Virus record (IMG/VR): IMGVR_UViG_3300018080_000098
Location: 124,001 to 188,000 of that record
Length of the DNA stretch: 64,000 nucleotides
Strand: one strand, 5' to 3'
In this document: positions 37,731-47,945 of the stretch, one piece after another
Layout of the letters: the number at the start of each line of letters is the position of its first letter
How positions within the stretch are numbered: position 1 is the first letter of the stretch
Notes under the pieces: generated by a model
What the model saw: the letters and a program-made list of their open reading frames with translations, nothing else
Database searches by the model: none
What the model was told of the DNA's origin: nothing
Program-made: the position numbers and the translations under genes

Positions 37731-38770
37731 TGTCTGAAGGACTCGCATCTATTACCGACGTATTCAGCTCGCTTTTCGTCTTGCTGAAACGTCGCGACGA
37801 TGGCACCTACGGGGCGCTGGCTATCACCGCTGCGCCCAGCCTTCACGGACCCGCTCTCCCATTCGATGCAGTAGAGCCCGGTGTGTACCGGTTCCATTGG
37901 ACTGCCGATGAAGCGAAGCAGGTTTCCATGGCGCTGCGTAAGCTGGGCTACATCACCTACTTTTTCAACTTTGAGCGCTTACAGGAACAATTCACGCCAC
38001 TACGTGAACTGACTCCTCTTGCGGGCGCACAGCCCACGTACCCACATCTAGCGGAGATTGCCGAATACCTTCCCGAATGCCAGATCTACGTAGAAGTGTT
38101 CGGAGGACGCACCCCACTTTTGATGGCGCGCACTCCAGCTCCCGTCGAAGTTTTCAACGATTACGCTCGAGCAGCCATCTCCTTTTTCCACGTTCTGCGA
38201 GACCCTGAGCTGTTCACTGATTTCTACCTCCTTGGGCGTGTTCTGCCACCGTCGCTGCAGCTCCCTGCGTTCCATCTGTTTTCCGCGTGGGAACTGCTCA
38301 GCGACAGCGATGCGGCCCTTGCATCTTACGCGTGGTACTGTTATGTTCGCCAGGCGTTCCCAGAGGTATCTGTACCAGAAGAACGGCAGGAAATACCAGA
38401 CGGCACACCAGCAAAGGTGATGGCAGCTCTCCACAGCGTAGACTACATGCTTCCGCGGATACACAACCGTTTGTACCGTGTGCAGATAGAGCACAATATC
38501 ATAGATGCAGTGCTCAAAATTTACGATTCGGACAAAACCCTCTTTTGGGTAGACCCTCCCCACGAAGGGGCAGGAGCACTCGACCTCGCAGGTACCTACG
38601 ATCTGCTGTCCCATCTGGATATGCAGGAAGGCTCTGTAGCCCTGTACGACAATCAGAATCCAAACATCCGACAGATGATGCGGATTAAAGATGGACCCTG
38701 GAAAAACTGGGAACCGGCGCAGTTCGGTCCCGCAACAGTGTACCTGAAACAGTGTACAACCGATGCCTGA
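37730..38770 (+). CDS. D12-class (Dam-like) DNA adenine methyltransferase homolog with altered motifs and N-terminal extension
   Basis: IYVEVFGG, VEVFND, VQIEH...IYDSDKTLFWVDPPH (canonical YxEPFxG and DPPY). Confidence 0.75.
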   Translation: MSEGLASITDVFSSLFVLLKRRDDGTYGALAITAAPSLHGPALPFDAVEPGVYRFHWTADEAKQVSMALRKLGYITYFFNFERLQEQFTPLRELTPLAGAQPTYPHLAEIAEYLPECQIYVEVFGGRTPLLMARTPAPVEVFNDYARAAISFFHVLRDPELFTDFYLLGRVLPPSLQLPAFHLFSAWELLSDSDAALASYAWYCYVRQAFPEVSVPEERQEIPDGTPAKVMAALHSVDYMLPRIHNRLYRVQIEHNIIDAVLKIYDSDKTLFWVDPPHEGAGALDLAGTYDLLSHLDMQEGSVALYDNQNPNIRQMMRIKDGPWKNWEPAQFGPATVYLKQCTTDA

Positions 38771-39038
38771 AAAGGAGAAAATCATGGCAGCCAAAAAGAA
38801 AAGTAAGAAGGTTCTCACCGAGCAGCAAATGAGGAAGGCCACTGGCGAGTTCTTCAAAACGTACGGCCCTAAAGTCATCACGGCTTCGCGTGTGAAAGAG
38901 TACTACGGTTCCCTCGGCCTCCGTGTCGACAGCACGTTGGCAGAGTCGCTCGCGCGGAAGTACACCGAGATGATGCTCAACGCAGCCCTTCGTTGCGTTG
39001 GCAACAAGCGTGGTACCGTGCGCCCGGTAGACCTGTAG
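38763..39038 (+). CDS. Bacterial-type histone-fold protein with Lys-rich N-terminal extension
   Basis: VITASRVKEY...LRVDS...LARKYTEMMLNAALRCVGNKRGTVRPVDL aligns by eye with the Bd0055-type histone fold, including the R-x-T-V-x-x-x-D L2/alpha3 signature. Confidence 0.85.
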   Translation: MPEKEKIMAAKKKSKKVLTEQQMRKATGEFFKTYGPKVITASRVKEYYGSLGLRVDSTLAESLARKYTEMMLNAALRCVGNKRGTVRPVDL

Positions 39039-39054
39039 GCCACAGCGAAGTAGT

Positions 39055-40131
39055 ATGCCAAAGTTTCTGCACACCGCAGACCTGCACCTCAACGCCCTCA
39101 GGCGCTTCAGCCAGTTCTACCTGGAGCGCGCTCAGGAGTGCCTTCGGTCGATTCACCAAATCGCCAAAGAGCACCACGTAGAGTTCATTGTGGTCGCAGG
39201 AGATATCTACGACCGACGTGATATCACCCACGCGGAAAGGTTACTCCTGTCGGAGTGGCTGGCTGATTGTGACATTCCCATTATCATGATTAGCGGTAAC
39301 CACGACAAGCGCTCCGCAGAAATTGGAGATACCTGCATCAGCTACCTCTCCACTTTCTCCCACCGCTTGGGTGACCACCACGTCTACGATGGACCTCCCT
39401 CCGTCTACGAGCGCTTCGGCTGCTACTTCGCCCTCTTCCCTTTCCAGGGATGGATGGATCAGGAGCTCTTCCTCATCCTACAAACCCTCATCGCAGACCA
39501 CTGCCCGAACCAGTCCCTCCCGGTCATCGTGGTCATGCACGAGGCTGTGTACGGTTGTAAAACGGATGTCGGAATGACTATTACCAAGTCAAACCAAATC
39601 CGCCTCGACACCAGCTTTCCTCGAGTAACCTATTGGGCACTCGGGGATATGCACCTCCCACAACGTATCTCCGACTTCGCTCGTTACTCCGGGTCGCCAC
39701 ATCAAACCCGTTTCGATGAAGTCGAAGATAAGGGGGTGCTCATCGTTGATACCGACAACCCTGCATATCCGGAATTCGTTCCTGTTCCATCCATCCCCCT
39801 TCGTATCGTTACCGAGGAACCAGACCATTGGCCCTCTCCACAGGAAGCGCTTATCCAGTTTCGGCCCGATGGACCGTTCCCCGAACGTGCCCTGCCACTC
39901 AATGTGGAGTTTCACCCTAGCGTCGTCGCCCTCCACCACACCCAGGAACGAGACCGCAACGCCATCCGCGTAGGCATCTTCGAAGGACTCGACGCCGCAT
40001 TGCAGCGCGCCCGACTCCACGAAGACCTGTTCCCACTCGCGTGGCGCCTCGCCGTGAAATTAGCGAAAACAGCCGGAGTAGAAGTACCTCTACCCGATAG
40101 ATACCAGACCGAGGATACATCCGATGAGTGA
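39055..40131 (+). CDS. sbcD: SbcD/Mre11 nuclease
   Basis: LHTADLH, VAGDIYD, ISGNHD, MH, ALGDMH, YSGSP. Confidence 0.92.
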   Translation: MPKFLHTADLHLNALRRFSQFYLERAQECLRSIHQIAKEHHVEFIVVAGDIYDRRDITHAERLLLSEWLADCDIPIIMISGNHDKRSAEIGDTCISYLSTFSHRLGDHHVYDGPPSVYERFGCYFALFPFQGWMDQELFLILQTLIADHCPNQSLPVIVVMHEAVYGCKTDVGMTITKSNQIRLDTSFPRVTYWALGDMHLPQRISDFARYSGSPHQTRFDEVEDKGVLIVDTDNPAYPEFVPVPSIPLRIVTEEPDHWPSPQEALIQFRPDGPFPERALPLNVEFHPSVVALHHTQERDRNAIRVGIFEGLDAALQRARLHEDLFPLAWRLAVKLAKTAGVEVPLPDRYQTEDTSDE

Positions 40132-41278
40132 ACAGAACCTGCACCTGGCAGCAAAGTGGCGCCCCAAATCCTTCGACGAAGTCGTAGGCCAACAGGAAAT
40201 TGTGGACAGCCTCCGAGGGATGATCCTCAGCAAGAAAATCGACCCCGTTCTCATCTTCCACGGTCCCTACAGTACCGGCAAGACTACCCTCGCAAGACTC
40301 GTTGCCTACTATATCAACTGCCAGAAACCCAACGGCATCGAGCCCTGCAAAGAGTGCCCCAGCTGTAAACAGATGCAGCCCGTACTCCTCGGGCGCTCCC
40401 AACACCCCGATGTGACTGAGCTCAACATCGCACTGCACGGAGGCATCGACGAGTTCCGCCGCCTCTCCTCCATCGCACCACAAGCCCCCCGTTACAACTT
40501 CCGCGTCTTCATCCTGGACGAAGCTCACCAGACCACCGCTGCCGCTTTCCAAGCCGCTCAGAAGATGTTCGAGGACCCACCGCGCCGCACTCGCTACATT
40601 CTGTGTACCACCGAGTTCCAGAAGCTCCCCGCTACTATTCGTAGCCGATCAGCTATCTTCTCAACGCAACCACTCCCAACCGAGCTGGTAGCACGCCGCC
40701 TCTTTCACGTCGCCGCACAAGAAGGCTTCAAGCCCCCCAAGGAGCAGCTGAAGCAGCTCTGTCTCCAGATCGCCACCGTTAGCGATGGCCACCTGCGCGA
40801 CGCCCTCAATCTGCTGAGCACCGTTATCAACAACGCCAAGGCCACAAAAAGCAAAACATCCGACTGGCAGGAGCTACTCACTGAGGTAGTGAAACAATCT
40901 ACCGAGCTGCAAACTAGCGAAGTCATCCGTGCGTACATGAAAGCCGTAGTCACCAGAGATATACCAGCGGCCTTCTCAGCTCTGCGTCACGTGACAAACG
41001 ATGTGTACTTTACGCAGCAGGTTATCATCGCCTTCCAACAGATTTTCTACTTCTGGATTGACGAAGACCTCTGCGACCGCGGTAAGCTCTGGCTCATCAA
41101 AGGTGTCCCAAGGGTCCCCACACCATCCAACACTGTGGAGACCATCCCAGCCATCCTGGATGAGTATGTTGGCGCCCTGGAACGGCTCCGAACTTACGCC
41201 ACAGACCCTCTCGCTGTGCTCGAAGCAGCCACGCTCCGCGTGATGAAAATGATGCCACCCAAACCCCAGCGTAGCTAG
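40124..41278 (+). CDS. dnaX: Clamp loader, DnaX (gamma/tau)-like AAA+
   Basis: KWRPKSFDEVVGQ, GPYSTGKTTLAR, C...PCKECPSC, FILDEAH, TIRSR, GHLRDALNLL. Confidence 0.92.
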   Translation: MSEQNLHLAAKWRPKSFDEVVGQQEIVDSLRGMILSKKIDPVLIFHGPYSTGKTTLARLVAYYINCQKPNGIEPCKECPSCKQMQPVLLGRSQHPDVTELNIALHGGIDEFRRLSSIAPQAPRYNFRVFILDEAHQTTAAAFQAAQKMFEDPPRRTRYILCTTEFQKLPATIRSRSAIFSTQPLPTELVARRLFHVAAQEGFKPPKEQLKQLCLQIATVSDGHLRDALNLLSTVINNAKATKSKTSDWQELLTEVVKQSTELQTSEVIRAYMKAVVTRDIPAAFSALRHVTNDVYFTQQVIIAFQQIFYFWIDEDLCDRGKLWLIKGVPRVPTPSNTVETIPAILDEYVGALERLRTYATDPLAVLEAATLRVMKMMPPKPQRS

Positions 41279-41283
41279 CTACA

Positions 41284-43725
41284 ATGCCCCTCATCGAATA
41301 CGAATCCCTCGATTTCGAGAACGCCTACATCTACCGGAAGTGTAGCTTCCCCCTGGAAAATCAGGGGCTCGTGCTCGTCCGCGGCCTCAACGTCGACGAT
41401 GGCGGCTACCTGGGTGCTGGCAAGTCTTCTATCTTTGAGGTGTTTGCTTCCCTTCAGGTGGGAAGAGGCGGTAAAAGAGAGCGCCGCCAAGGCAACTTCC
41501 GCACCAACCTGGTGAACTCGTTCGTCGGGGAAGATATGGTAGCTTCCCTCAAGCTCCGCGTCGACGGCCATCCGTACGAAATACGACAGTACCAGCAGCA
41601 CCACCGTTTTCACAACAAAATACTGGTCATCGATCGCGTGACCGGACAGGACATCCGACCCCGCTCCAGTGGCCACTCTCCCTTCAAATGGGTGCGTGAT
41701 GAGTTTCTGCGTATCGATGAGACTACGTTCTTCAATCTCATCTATCTGGTGCAGGAGCTTAATAATGTGATGATCCACGGGAAGGAGTACGAGCGCCGCA
41801 ATCGCTTGACAGCGATGTTCGATTTGGATATCTACGATGAGCTCCGCGCACTAGCTAAACGGGCCCTCTCAATGCATACTACTTCCATGTCGGACTTCGA
41901 GGAAGTCCGCAGCGAGCTTAGAGAGGTAAAACAGAAAATCTTCGCCCTACCGGACTTGGTAGACCTCGAAGCGGAGTTCGAAACAGCGGAAGCCCTCCTG
42001 AACCATATGCAGGAGCAGCACGAAGAGGATACTCAGGAATACACGCAGGTAGCCGATCTCTGCTCAAAACTTCGGCAACGCTCCACAGGACGTCGGCAAA
42101 TCATGTCGAAGTTCAAAGGCAGCTCCCTGACAAACACGTTCGACCACCCCAAGGATATTACCATTCGCAACGTGAAAAGATGGAAGAGTCGCTATGATAA
42201 CTTCAGCGCTGACTACATGGCTGCCCAGACAGACCTCGAGAAGCTCGAGAAACGCGATGCCCTTCGTGCCCAACTATTGAAGCTGAGCGACCGTGATGCA
42301 GAAGAGATTCAGGACGACTTGACCGACACCAAGACGAAGCTCACCTATATGAATCAGGTCGAGCTCCCTCAATCGGAAGAACGTCAGAGCCTGCTCATCA
42401 AATTGCAGCGGTTGACGGAGCCCGTTACACCGCTGGAAGAGCTTGAGGATGAGTTGGAAGCTGAGCAAAAGGAAGAGACAGAACTCAAGCGTGACGTGAA
42501 GGACCTGGATGCCGAAGTGCGTGAAGCTGTATGCCCACACTGCAAGCGCCCCTTTGATATGACAGCTGAGGAGCTAGCGGAGAAGCGAGGACGCTTAGCT
42601 ACTGCGCGGGACAGACTGCAGGAGCTTACACGAACAATCCATAAGCTGAAGAAGGAAATCAAGGCCTCCCGCGACATCAAAAACATCCGTGGGCGACTCA
42701 AGGCGTTCGAGACGCAGCGCTCCCCCGAGGAAGTGACAGAAGATATTCGGGAGCTTTCAGGTAAAGAGCGCAGGCTCGCCTCCGAACTCGAGACGTCGCG
42801 CCAGCGTACCAGGATAGAAGCAGAACTGGAGACGATGCCCACCGCGAGCAAAGATGAGCTCATCGAAAAGTGCAGCAAGCTTCGTCGCAGTGTCGAACGC
42901 GCCAGGGAACGCCACGAGGTGGGGAAGTTCATTGTGGAGAAGTTGGAGGAGTTGAAAAACCTCCCCAAGGGAAGCTTGGACGAAGCACAAGGACTACTAC
43001 GAGAACTTCAAGGACGCATGACGAGGATGTCGTCGAAAATTTCACAGGCGAGCGCAGATGCAACACACCTGAAAGAGCGTGTCAACGAGCTGCGTCAGCT
43101 ACTTCGGCGGGAGACCACCCTGAAGCGCACGTTGGAAAAGCAGAAAGCAATCGTCTCCGAGATTACGTGCTTGGAAGCCCTGAACAAAGCGTTCGGCACC
43201 AACGGTATGAAACAAGACCGCTTCGCCACCATCCTATCCGATGCGGCTGAGCGTACAGTCCCTGCATACTCAGATATCCTGTGGCCAAACCGTAACGTTT
43301 CCCTAGACTTGTCCGGTGAAGATGGCTCCTCGCTCCAGTTTGCGCTGGGGCGCCAGTCGGGAAATGTGGCCACCAGAAGCAGTATGCTCTCTGGCGGCGA
43401 ACGCCATAAAGCAGGGCTCGCTTTCCTTTTCGGGCTGCGCGACCTCAAGGAGCTCTACACGGGCAGCCGGTCCAACGTTCTTATCGTGGACGAGCCCTTC
43501 GGAAACCTCGATCCTCTCGGAACCGAAGGACTCATTTCCATCTTCGCTCTGCTCAAACAGAAGTTCGGTTCCGTCTTCGTCATCAGTCACAGACCAGAAG
43601 TTCTGTCCCATCCAGTGTGGGACCAGACGTGGTGGGCCATTCGCGAAAACAACAACGCGACACTTTATTTGGAAGACCCACCAGCGCGGTACCATCAAAT
43701 TGCCAACAACCTTGTAAAACAATAA
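41284..43725 (+). CDS. sbcC: SbcC/Rad50 ATPase
   Basis: GAGKSS, Q-loop YLVQ, coiled coil with CPHC Zn hook, LSGGE, IVDEP, VISH. Confidence 0.92.
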   Translation: MPLIEYESLDFENAYIYRKCSFPLENQGLVLVRGLNVDDGGYLGAGKSSIFEVFASLQVGRGGKRERRQGNFRTNLVNSFVGEDMVASLKLRVDGHPYEIRQYQQHHRFHNKILVIDRVTGQDIRPRSSGHSPFKWVRDEFLRIDETTFFNLIYLVQELNNVMIHGKEYERRNRLTAMFDLDIYDELRALAKRALSMHTTSMSDFEEVRSELREVKQKIFALPDLVDLEAEFETAEALLNHMQEQHEEDTQEYTQVADLCSKLRQRSTGRRQIMSKFKGSSLTNTFDHPKDITIRNVKRWKSRYDNFSADYMAAQTDLEKLEKRDALRAQLLKLSDRDAEEIQDDLTDTKTKLTYMNQVELPQSEERQSLLIKLQRLTEPVTPLEELEDELEAEQKEETELKRDVKDLDAEVREAVCPHCKRPFDMTAEELAEKRGRLATARDRLQELTRTIHKLKKEIKASRDIKNIRGRLKAFETQRSPEEVTEDIRELSGKERRLASELETSRQRTRIEAELETMPTASKDELIEKCSKLRRSVERARERHEVGKFIVEKLEELKNLPKGSLDEAQGLLRELQGRMTRMSSKISQASADATHLKERVNELRQLLRRETTLKRTLEKQKAIVSEITCLEALNKAFGTNGMKQDRFATILSDAAERTVPAYSDILWPNRNVSLDLSGEDGSSLQFALGRQSGNVATRSSMLSGGERHKAGLAFLFGLRDLKELYTGSRSNVLIVDEPFGNLDPLGTEGLISIFALLKQKFGSVFVISHRPEVLSHPVWDQTWWAIRENNNATLYLEDPPARYHQIANNLVKQ

Positions 43726-43736
43726 TAGGTGGCTGT

Positions 43737-44249
43737 GTGCTTACTCGAGCTTTTGTTTCGTTATCCAAACAGTCACCCGATGAGGTGTTGGAGTGGCTGT
43801 GTGGCGTCCTGAACGCAGACTCCGTTGAAGTTCCCGGAGTTAGCGGTGATGAGGTAAGAATAATTGCCCGTAAGGGTGATGAGCAACAGCAGCCTCTTTG
43901 GGACGATAAAAAGCTTCTGGCAACGTTGGAACGTACTGCCAATACGCCTTTGGGCATGGCAGTTGTATGGCTACTGCTTTGTTTTCATGACGTTTATTAC
44001 GATACCGACATTTTGTTGCGAGATTACGTGAAGCATGTAAGTGGAGTCCAGTTAGAGCCAGTACCGTTCGAGTTATCGGATGGCCACCTCGTTACAGCTT
44101 GCAGTCCGTCTGTATGTACGAGTAAACCAGAAAATTCTGGCCAGGTGATTTTTCGGGTTGACAAAAACAGTATGCACGTGTTACTCCCTTTAAGCAGTTC
44201 TGAATTGAGAGACCTGCTTTTAGGGCGGCTTCGGAGGAACGGTTCATGA
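43737..44249 (+). CDS. Hypothetical protein
   Basis: GTG with AGGTGG SD, downstream of the CTTGTAAAAC element at 43711. Confidence 0.6.
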   Translation: MLTRAFVSLSKQSPDEVLEWLCGVLNADSVEVPGVSGDEVRIIARKGDEQQQPLWDDKKLLATLERTANTPLGMAVVWLLLCFHDVYYDTDILLRDYVKHVSGVQLEPVPFELSDGHLVTACSPSVCTSKPENSGQVIFRVDKNSMHVLLPLSSSELRDLLLGRLRRNGS

Positions 44250-45085
44250 GCCAGCCTGCCTTGGTGAAAGCAGTCGGATTTGCATTTATCAGTCCGGAAG
44301 CGTTCGTGTTGGTAGCAAACCACAAGCGGGACCACATTCACTTGTTCCCTGCAAAGAAAAACAGCGAACCTCTGGTGTTCCAGCGGGAGCAGCGGCGTCA
44401 AGTTGTAGCTCTCCGTGCGGTGGAGCGCATGGGGCAGCTCATCCCTCACGCGGACAAAATCGATTTAATTGTAGCCTTCGGGGAGGCAGCGGACTTGCAG
44501 GAGCTTGGCATTCCTATGATGGATGCTGGGTTCGATGAGGACGGTAAGCTGGTGGGGCATCCTCGTCAGAGCCGTGATGAGCTTCTCGCGCGCATAGAGA
44601 AGGAAGCTGTTGAATTACAGGTGGATAAGTCCCTTTCTACCGTGAAGCGTGCTCGTCGTCGTGCAAAGGAGTCCGCAGCTTATTCTGGGCCCACTTTCCG
44701 TGACCAGATGCGTGGCATTCGTGATGCTGTACGAGCTTCTGGAGCTGAGGGTTTTGACTTTGTCAACGAGGCTGCTATTCCTGCGGTGCTTCGGTTGATG
44801 GGAGACACAAATCAGGCGGATTTCAAGAGTGCTTGTCAGGGGATGATTAAGCGCGGTGGGGTGCCCGAAGAGACAGCGAAGAGCTTCTTCAAGTGGGTTG
44901 AGGGAATCGATGGCATCGGGCCCGAGCTTGGGAAAGCGGTGGATGCGTTGCTGTTCACAGATGATGATGTGGAGCGCACCGAGGACGAGATGGCTACGCA
45001 GTACGGGGTGGATGTGAAGGACGTGGCCTTGGTGGCGAACAGCTACAGACAGATAACAGAGACAGAAACCGAAGACGACGAATAG
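44246..45085 (+). CDS. Hypothetical protein
   Basis: 279-aa ORF, ATGA-coupled. Confidence 0.75.
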   Translation: MSQPALVKAVGFAFISPEAFVLVANHKRDHIHLFPAKKNSEPLVFQREQRRQVVALRAVERMGQLIPHADKIDLIVAFGEAADLQELGIPMMDAGFDEDGKLVGHPRQSRDELLARIEKEAVELQVDKSLSTVKRARRRAKESAAYSGPTFRDQMRGIRDAVRASGAEGFDFVNEAAIPAVLRLMGDTNQADFKSACQGMIKRGGVPEETAKSFFKWVEGIDGIGPELGKAVDALLFTDDDVERTEDEMATQYGVDVKDVALVANSYRQITETETEDDE

Positions 45086-45124
45086 AACCAGCAGCGTTCA
45101 CGCATTATTGGAGGAGATTAACAG

Positions 45125-46270
45125 ATGGCGAAGAAAGACGTTACGAAGGGACTCGACCCTGATCTGTTCGATGCGGGGCTCGACGATGACGAGTCTGATA
45201 AAGAAGAGATTACGGAGGAGGGTAGCTCCGAGGAGGAAGCTCCCTCTGAGGAGACCCCTTCCGTTGCTGAAGAGGCTCCTCCTACCGAGGAAGAGGCTTC
45301 CGAGGAAGCTGCAGCCGATGAGTCCAAAGATGAGGAGCAAAAAGACGACGTGCCGGAAGAGGCTGTTTCGGAAGAGAACGACCCGGAGTCTGAAGAGGCT
45401 ACTGAGGAGGGCACAGCCGACGAAAGTACGGAAAAGCATACAGAGGAGAACGATGGTGCTCCTGAGGAGGCCAGCAAGAAGGGTGATGGGGGAGGGGAGG
45501 ACGGTGGGGACCCTTCGAAGGAAGAGGAACCAATCGCTCCTGCGGACATAGATTCAATAGCGGCCACTTATGTGGTACAGCGCGGTTTCACAGATACGAA
45601 TGGAAAGACGTACCATCCTGGGGACGTCATTCCTATTCAGTGTCGCCACTGTGCTTTGTGGGAGCGAGAATGGTTGGGCAAAAAACGTTGTAGTCCTGGA
45701 CGTCGTTTGGACGAAGATACTGTGATGCATCCAGAGCGCTATTCTTGCGAGACCTTCTTTATTTGCAAGGAGAACGACCCGGAGCTCACTACGTTCCTCA
45801 ACATGTCGGTGCCTGAAATTCTGACCGTACGCGCAATGCTGCCTGGCATCAAGAAGATTCTGCGCGCGGCTGATTTTCTCGACAAGTGGGCGGAGCGTGA
45901 GGATTTCAAGGGTGATAAGGGGGAGGTGTTCACGAACGCCAAGGGTTTCGTGACAGTTTTTAGTAGCTTGGAGCAGCTACTCTTGGCGGAAGGATTCATG
46001 CGTGAGTACATCAAGGCAGCATCCAAGCGTGCTGCCTACACCAAGCGTCCCCCGCGCCCGAAGTTCGAGCCAGGTGATTGGATCGAGTGGAAGGATTTGA
46101 AGACAGGTGAGACGATAGAAGGCATCCTTCTTTCCAAGGGAGCTGGTAATATCCACTTCGCGGGTACCAAGGTACACGCAGGGCAGAAGTTCACGTTCAA
46201 GCTCAAGGAGTGGAAAAAGAAGTGCGAGCCCAAGATTACCCGGAAGACGTCTTCTCCTGATGTCGAGTAG
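45125..46270 (+). CDS. Protein with long acidic disordered N-terminus and Cys-rich core
   Basis: GGAGGAG SD; ~130 aa D/E/S/A-rich region; CRHC...C...C. Confidence 0.75.
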   Translation: MAKKDVTKGLDPDLFDAGLDDDESDKEEITEEGSSEEEAPSEETPSVAEEAPPTEEEASEEAAADESKDEEQKDDVPEEAVSEENDPESEEATEEGTADESTEKHTEENDGAPEEASKKGDGGGEDGGDPSKEEEPIAPADIDSIAATYVVQRGFTDTNGKTYHPGDVIPIQCRHCALWEREWLGKKRCSPGRRLDEDTVMHPERYSCETFFICKENDPELTTFLNMSVPEILTVRAMLPGIKKILRAADFLDKWAEREDFKGDKGEVFTNAKGFVTVFSSLEQLLLAEGFMREYIKAASKRAAYTKRPPRPKFEPGDWIEWKDLKTGETIEGILLSKGAGNIHFAGTKVHAGQKFTFKLKEWKKKCEPKITRKTSSPDVE

Positions 46271-46294
46271 ACCTGCAATCACGAGGAAATTACG

Positions 46295-47932
46295 ATGGAA
46301 CGAGACCTCAGTTATCTCGATACTCTAGAAGTCGATACACTCAAGGAAGCTATCCTTGTCCTCGAGGAGCTGGAGGAGACATCCGGCCCGAAAGCCCGCA
46401 AGCAGGTCATCGAAAAGCACAAGACCAACCCTGTACTTCAGGAGTTCTTCTTGCGTGCGTTGGGGACCGAGAAGTACTACGTTCGTTTCAAAGAGGAAAT
46501 CCTGTCCGCCGCCGAGAGCTATTCTCCTCTCGATTCGTACAAGAAATTTCTCTCCGCTCTCAATGCATTGTGCGAGCGTAGGGTTACGGGAGATGAAGCT
46601 CGAGAGAGAGTGACTACGTTCCTTTCTAAATGCCATCCCCGCCTTCGGAAGTGGTACCTGCGAGTGCTCGACCACGATCTGCGTATTGGTGTAGGCCGTA
46701 CCAGTATCAACAAAATATACGGGACTGGTTTCTGGTTCGGAGTGGAGGAGGACGAGTTTCACTATCATGGGTGCTGCCTTGCGAAAGACTACGAAAAAGT
46801 GGTCACGGAGGAGAAGCCCCTCACCTACCCGGTGGCCGTCGAGTTCAAGCTGGATGGCGAACGCGCTTTGGTGTACGTGTTTCCTGACAAGCGTGAGATC
46901 CAGGTGTACACCCGTGGGCTGCTTCGGAAGACCGAGGTGGAGGGTGTGGAAGCGCTCGTGGACCAGTTTATCCAGGTGACCGCGAAGCTGAACGAGCTGC
47001 GTGGGGAGCCTGAGAACACCCCGTTGTTTTTGGATGGGGAGTTCCTGGCCACGGTTTGGAATGACACCTCGAGTGTGGTGGGTAGCACGACGAACTTCGA
47101 TGCGGAGGAGTTCCTGGCGGACGTGAAGGTTCTCTTGTTCGACTGGGCTCCTGTCGAGGACTACATCAAAAAGAAGTTCGACGTTCCGTGGAAGCCCCGG
47201 AAGCAGTTGCTCATGCGGGCGGCTGGTGCCAAGGGTCCTTACGAGAAGGTAATGCAGGCGGCGGACAACATCTACGTGCTGGGTCATCGTATTGTACATA
47301 GTGAGGAGGAGCTCAACGCTTTTCATGCGTGGGCGTTGGATGGTGATTTTGAGGGGACGATGATCAAGGTGCTTGACGCGCCGCACGTTTTCCATCGGAG
47401 GCACAAGTACGTTCTGAAGCTGAAGCCTACGAAGGAGGAGACGGGTGTTATCGTGGGGGCTGTAGCGGGGGAGAAGCAGAACGCTGCAGCGTCTCCTCGA
47501 GACAAGGAAATCATTTGGAACGCGATGGTGGATGATTTCGAGGGGGCGGAGAATGACGGGTACTACTACCATTGCTACGTGGACAATCCTGAAGAGGTAG
47601 CGGAGCACTTGCGGACGTTGGTGAAGGATGATAGAGATCGTCGAATCACCACTCATATAGATGGTGCTGTTTCCTATCGTTACAGTGCTCGGTTGGGTGC
47701 GTTCGTGGTGAAGTTGGGTGAGGATGAGGTGAACATTGGTGGTGGGTACAAGTACAAGGCGGGGCAGGATGAGCGAATGGAGTTCTGGCAACGTCGCGAA
47801 GAGTTGGTCGGCGTTAAGATAGATGTGAAGCTACAAGGAGACAAGGTCAAAGTAGCGAAGGCCAGGTTTAACAGTTTCGTGAGGCTTCGTTGGGACCTGA
47901 CGGAACAGCAGAACAGCGAAGAAAGCGCATAG
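46295..47932 (+). CDS. ATP-dependent DNA ligase
   Basis: EFKLDGER (motif I KxDG), LDGEF, LFD, EGTMIK, KLKP, OB domain with GGG and RFNSFVRLRWD. Confidence 0.92.
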   Translation: MERDLSYLDTLEVDTLKEAILVLEELEETSGPKARKQVIEKHKTNPVLQEFFLRALGTEKYYVRFKEEILSAAESYSPLDSYKKFLSALNALCERRVTGDEARERVTTFLSKCHPRLRKWYLRVLDHDLRIGVGRTSINKIYGTGFWFGVEEDEFHYHGCCLAKDYEKVVTEEKPLTYPVAVEFKLDGERALVYVFPDKREIQVYTRGLLRKTEVEGVEALVDQFIQVTAKLNELRGEPENTPLFLDGEFLATVWNDTSSVVGSTTNFDAEEFLADVKVLLFDWAPVEDYIKKKFDVPWKPRKQLLMRAAGAKGPYEKVMQAADNIYVLGHRIVHSEEELNAFHAWALDGDFEGTMIKVLDAPHVFHRRHKYVLKLKPTKEETGVIVGAVAGEKQNAAASPRDKEIIWNAMVDDFEGAENDGYYYHCYVDNPEEVAEHLRTLVKDDRDRRITTHIDGAVSYRYSARLGAFVVKLGEDEVNIGGGYKYKAGQDERMEFWQRREELVGVKIDVKLQGDKVKVAKARFNSFVRLRWDLTEQQNSEESA

Positions 47933-47945
47933 AAGGAGGCAAATT

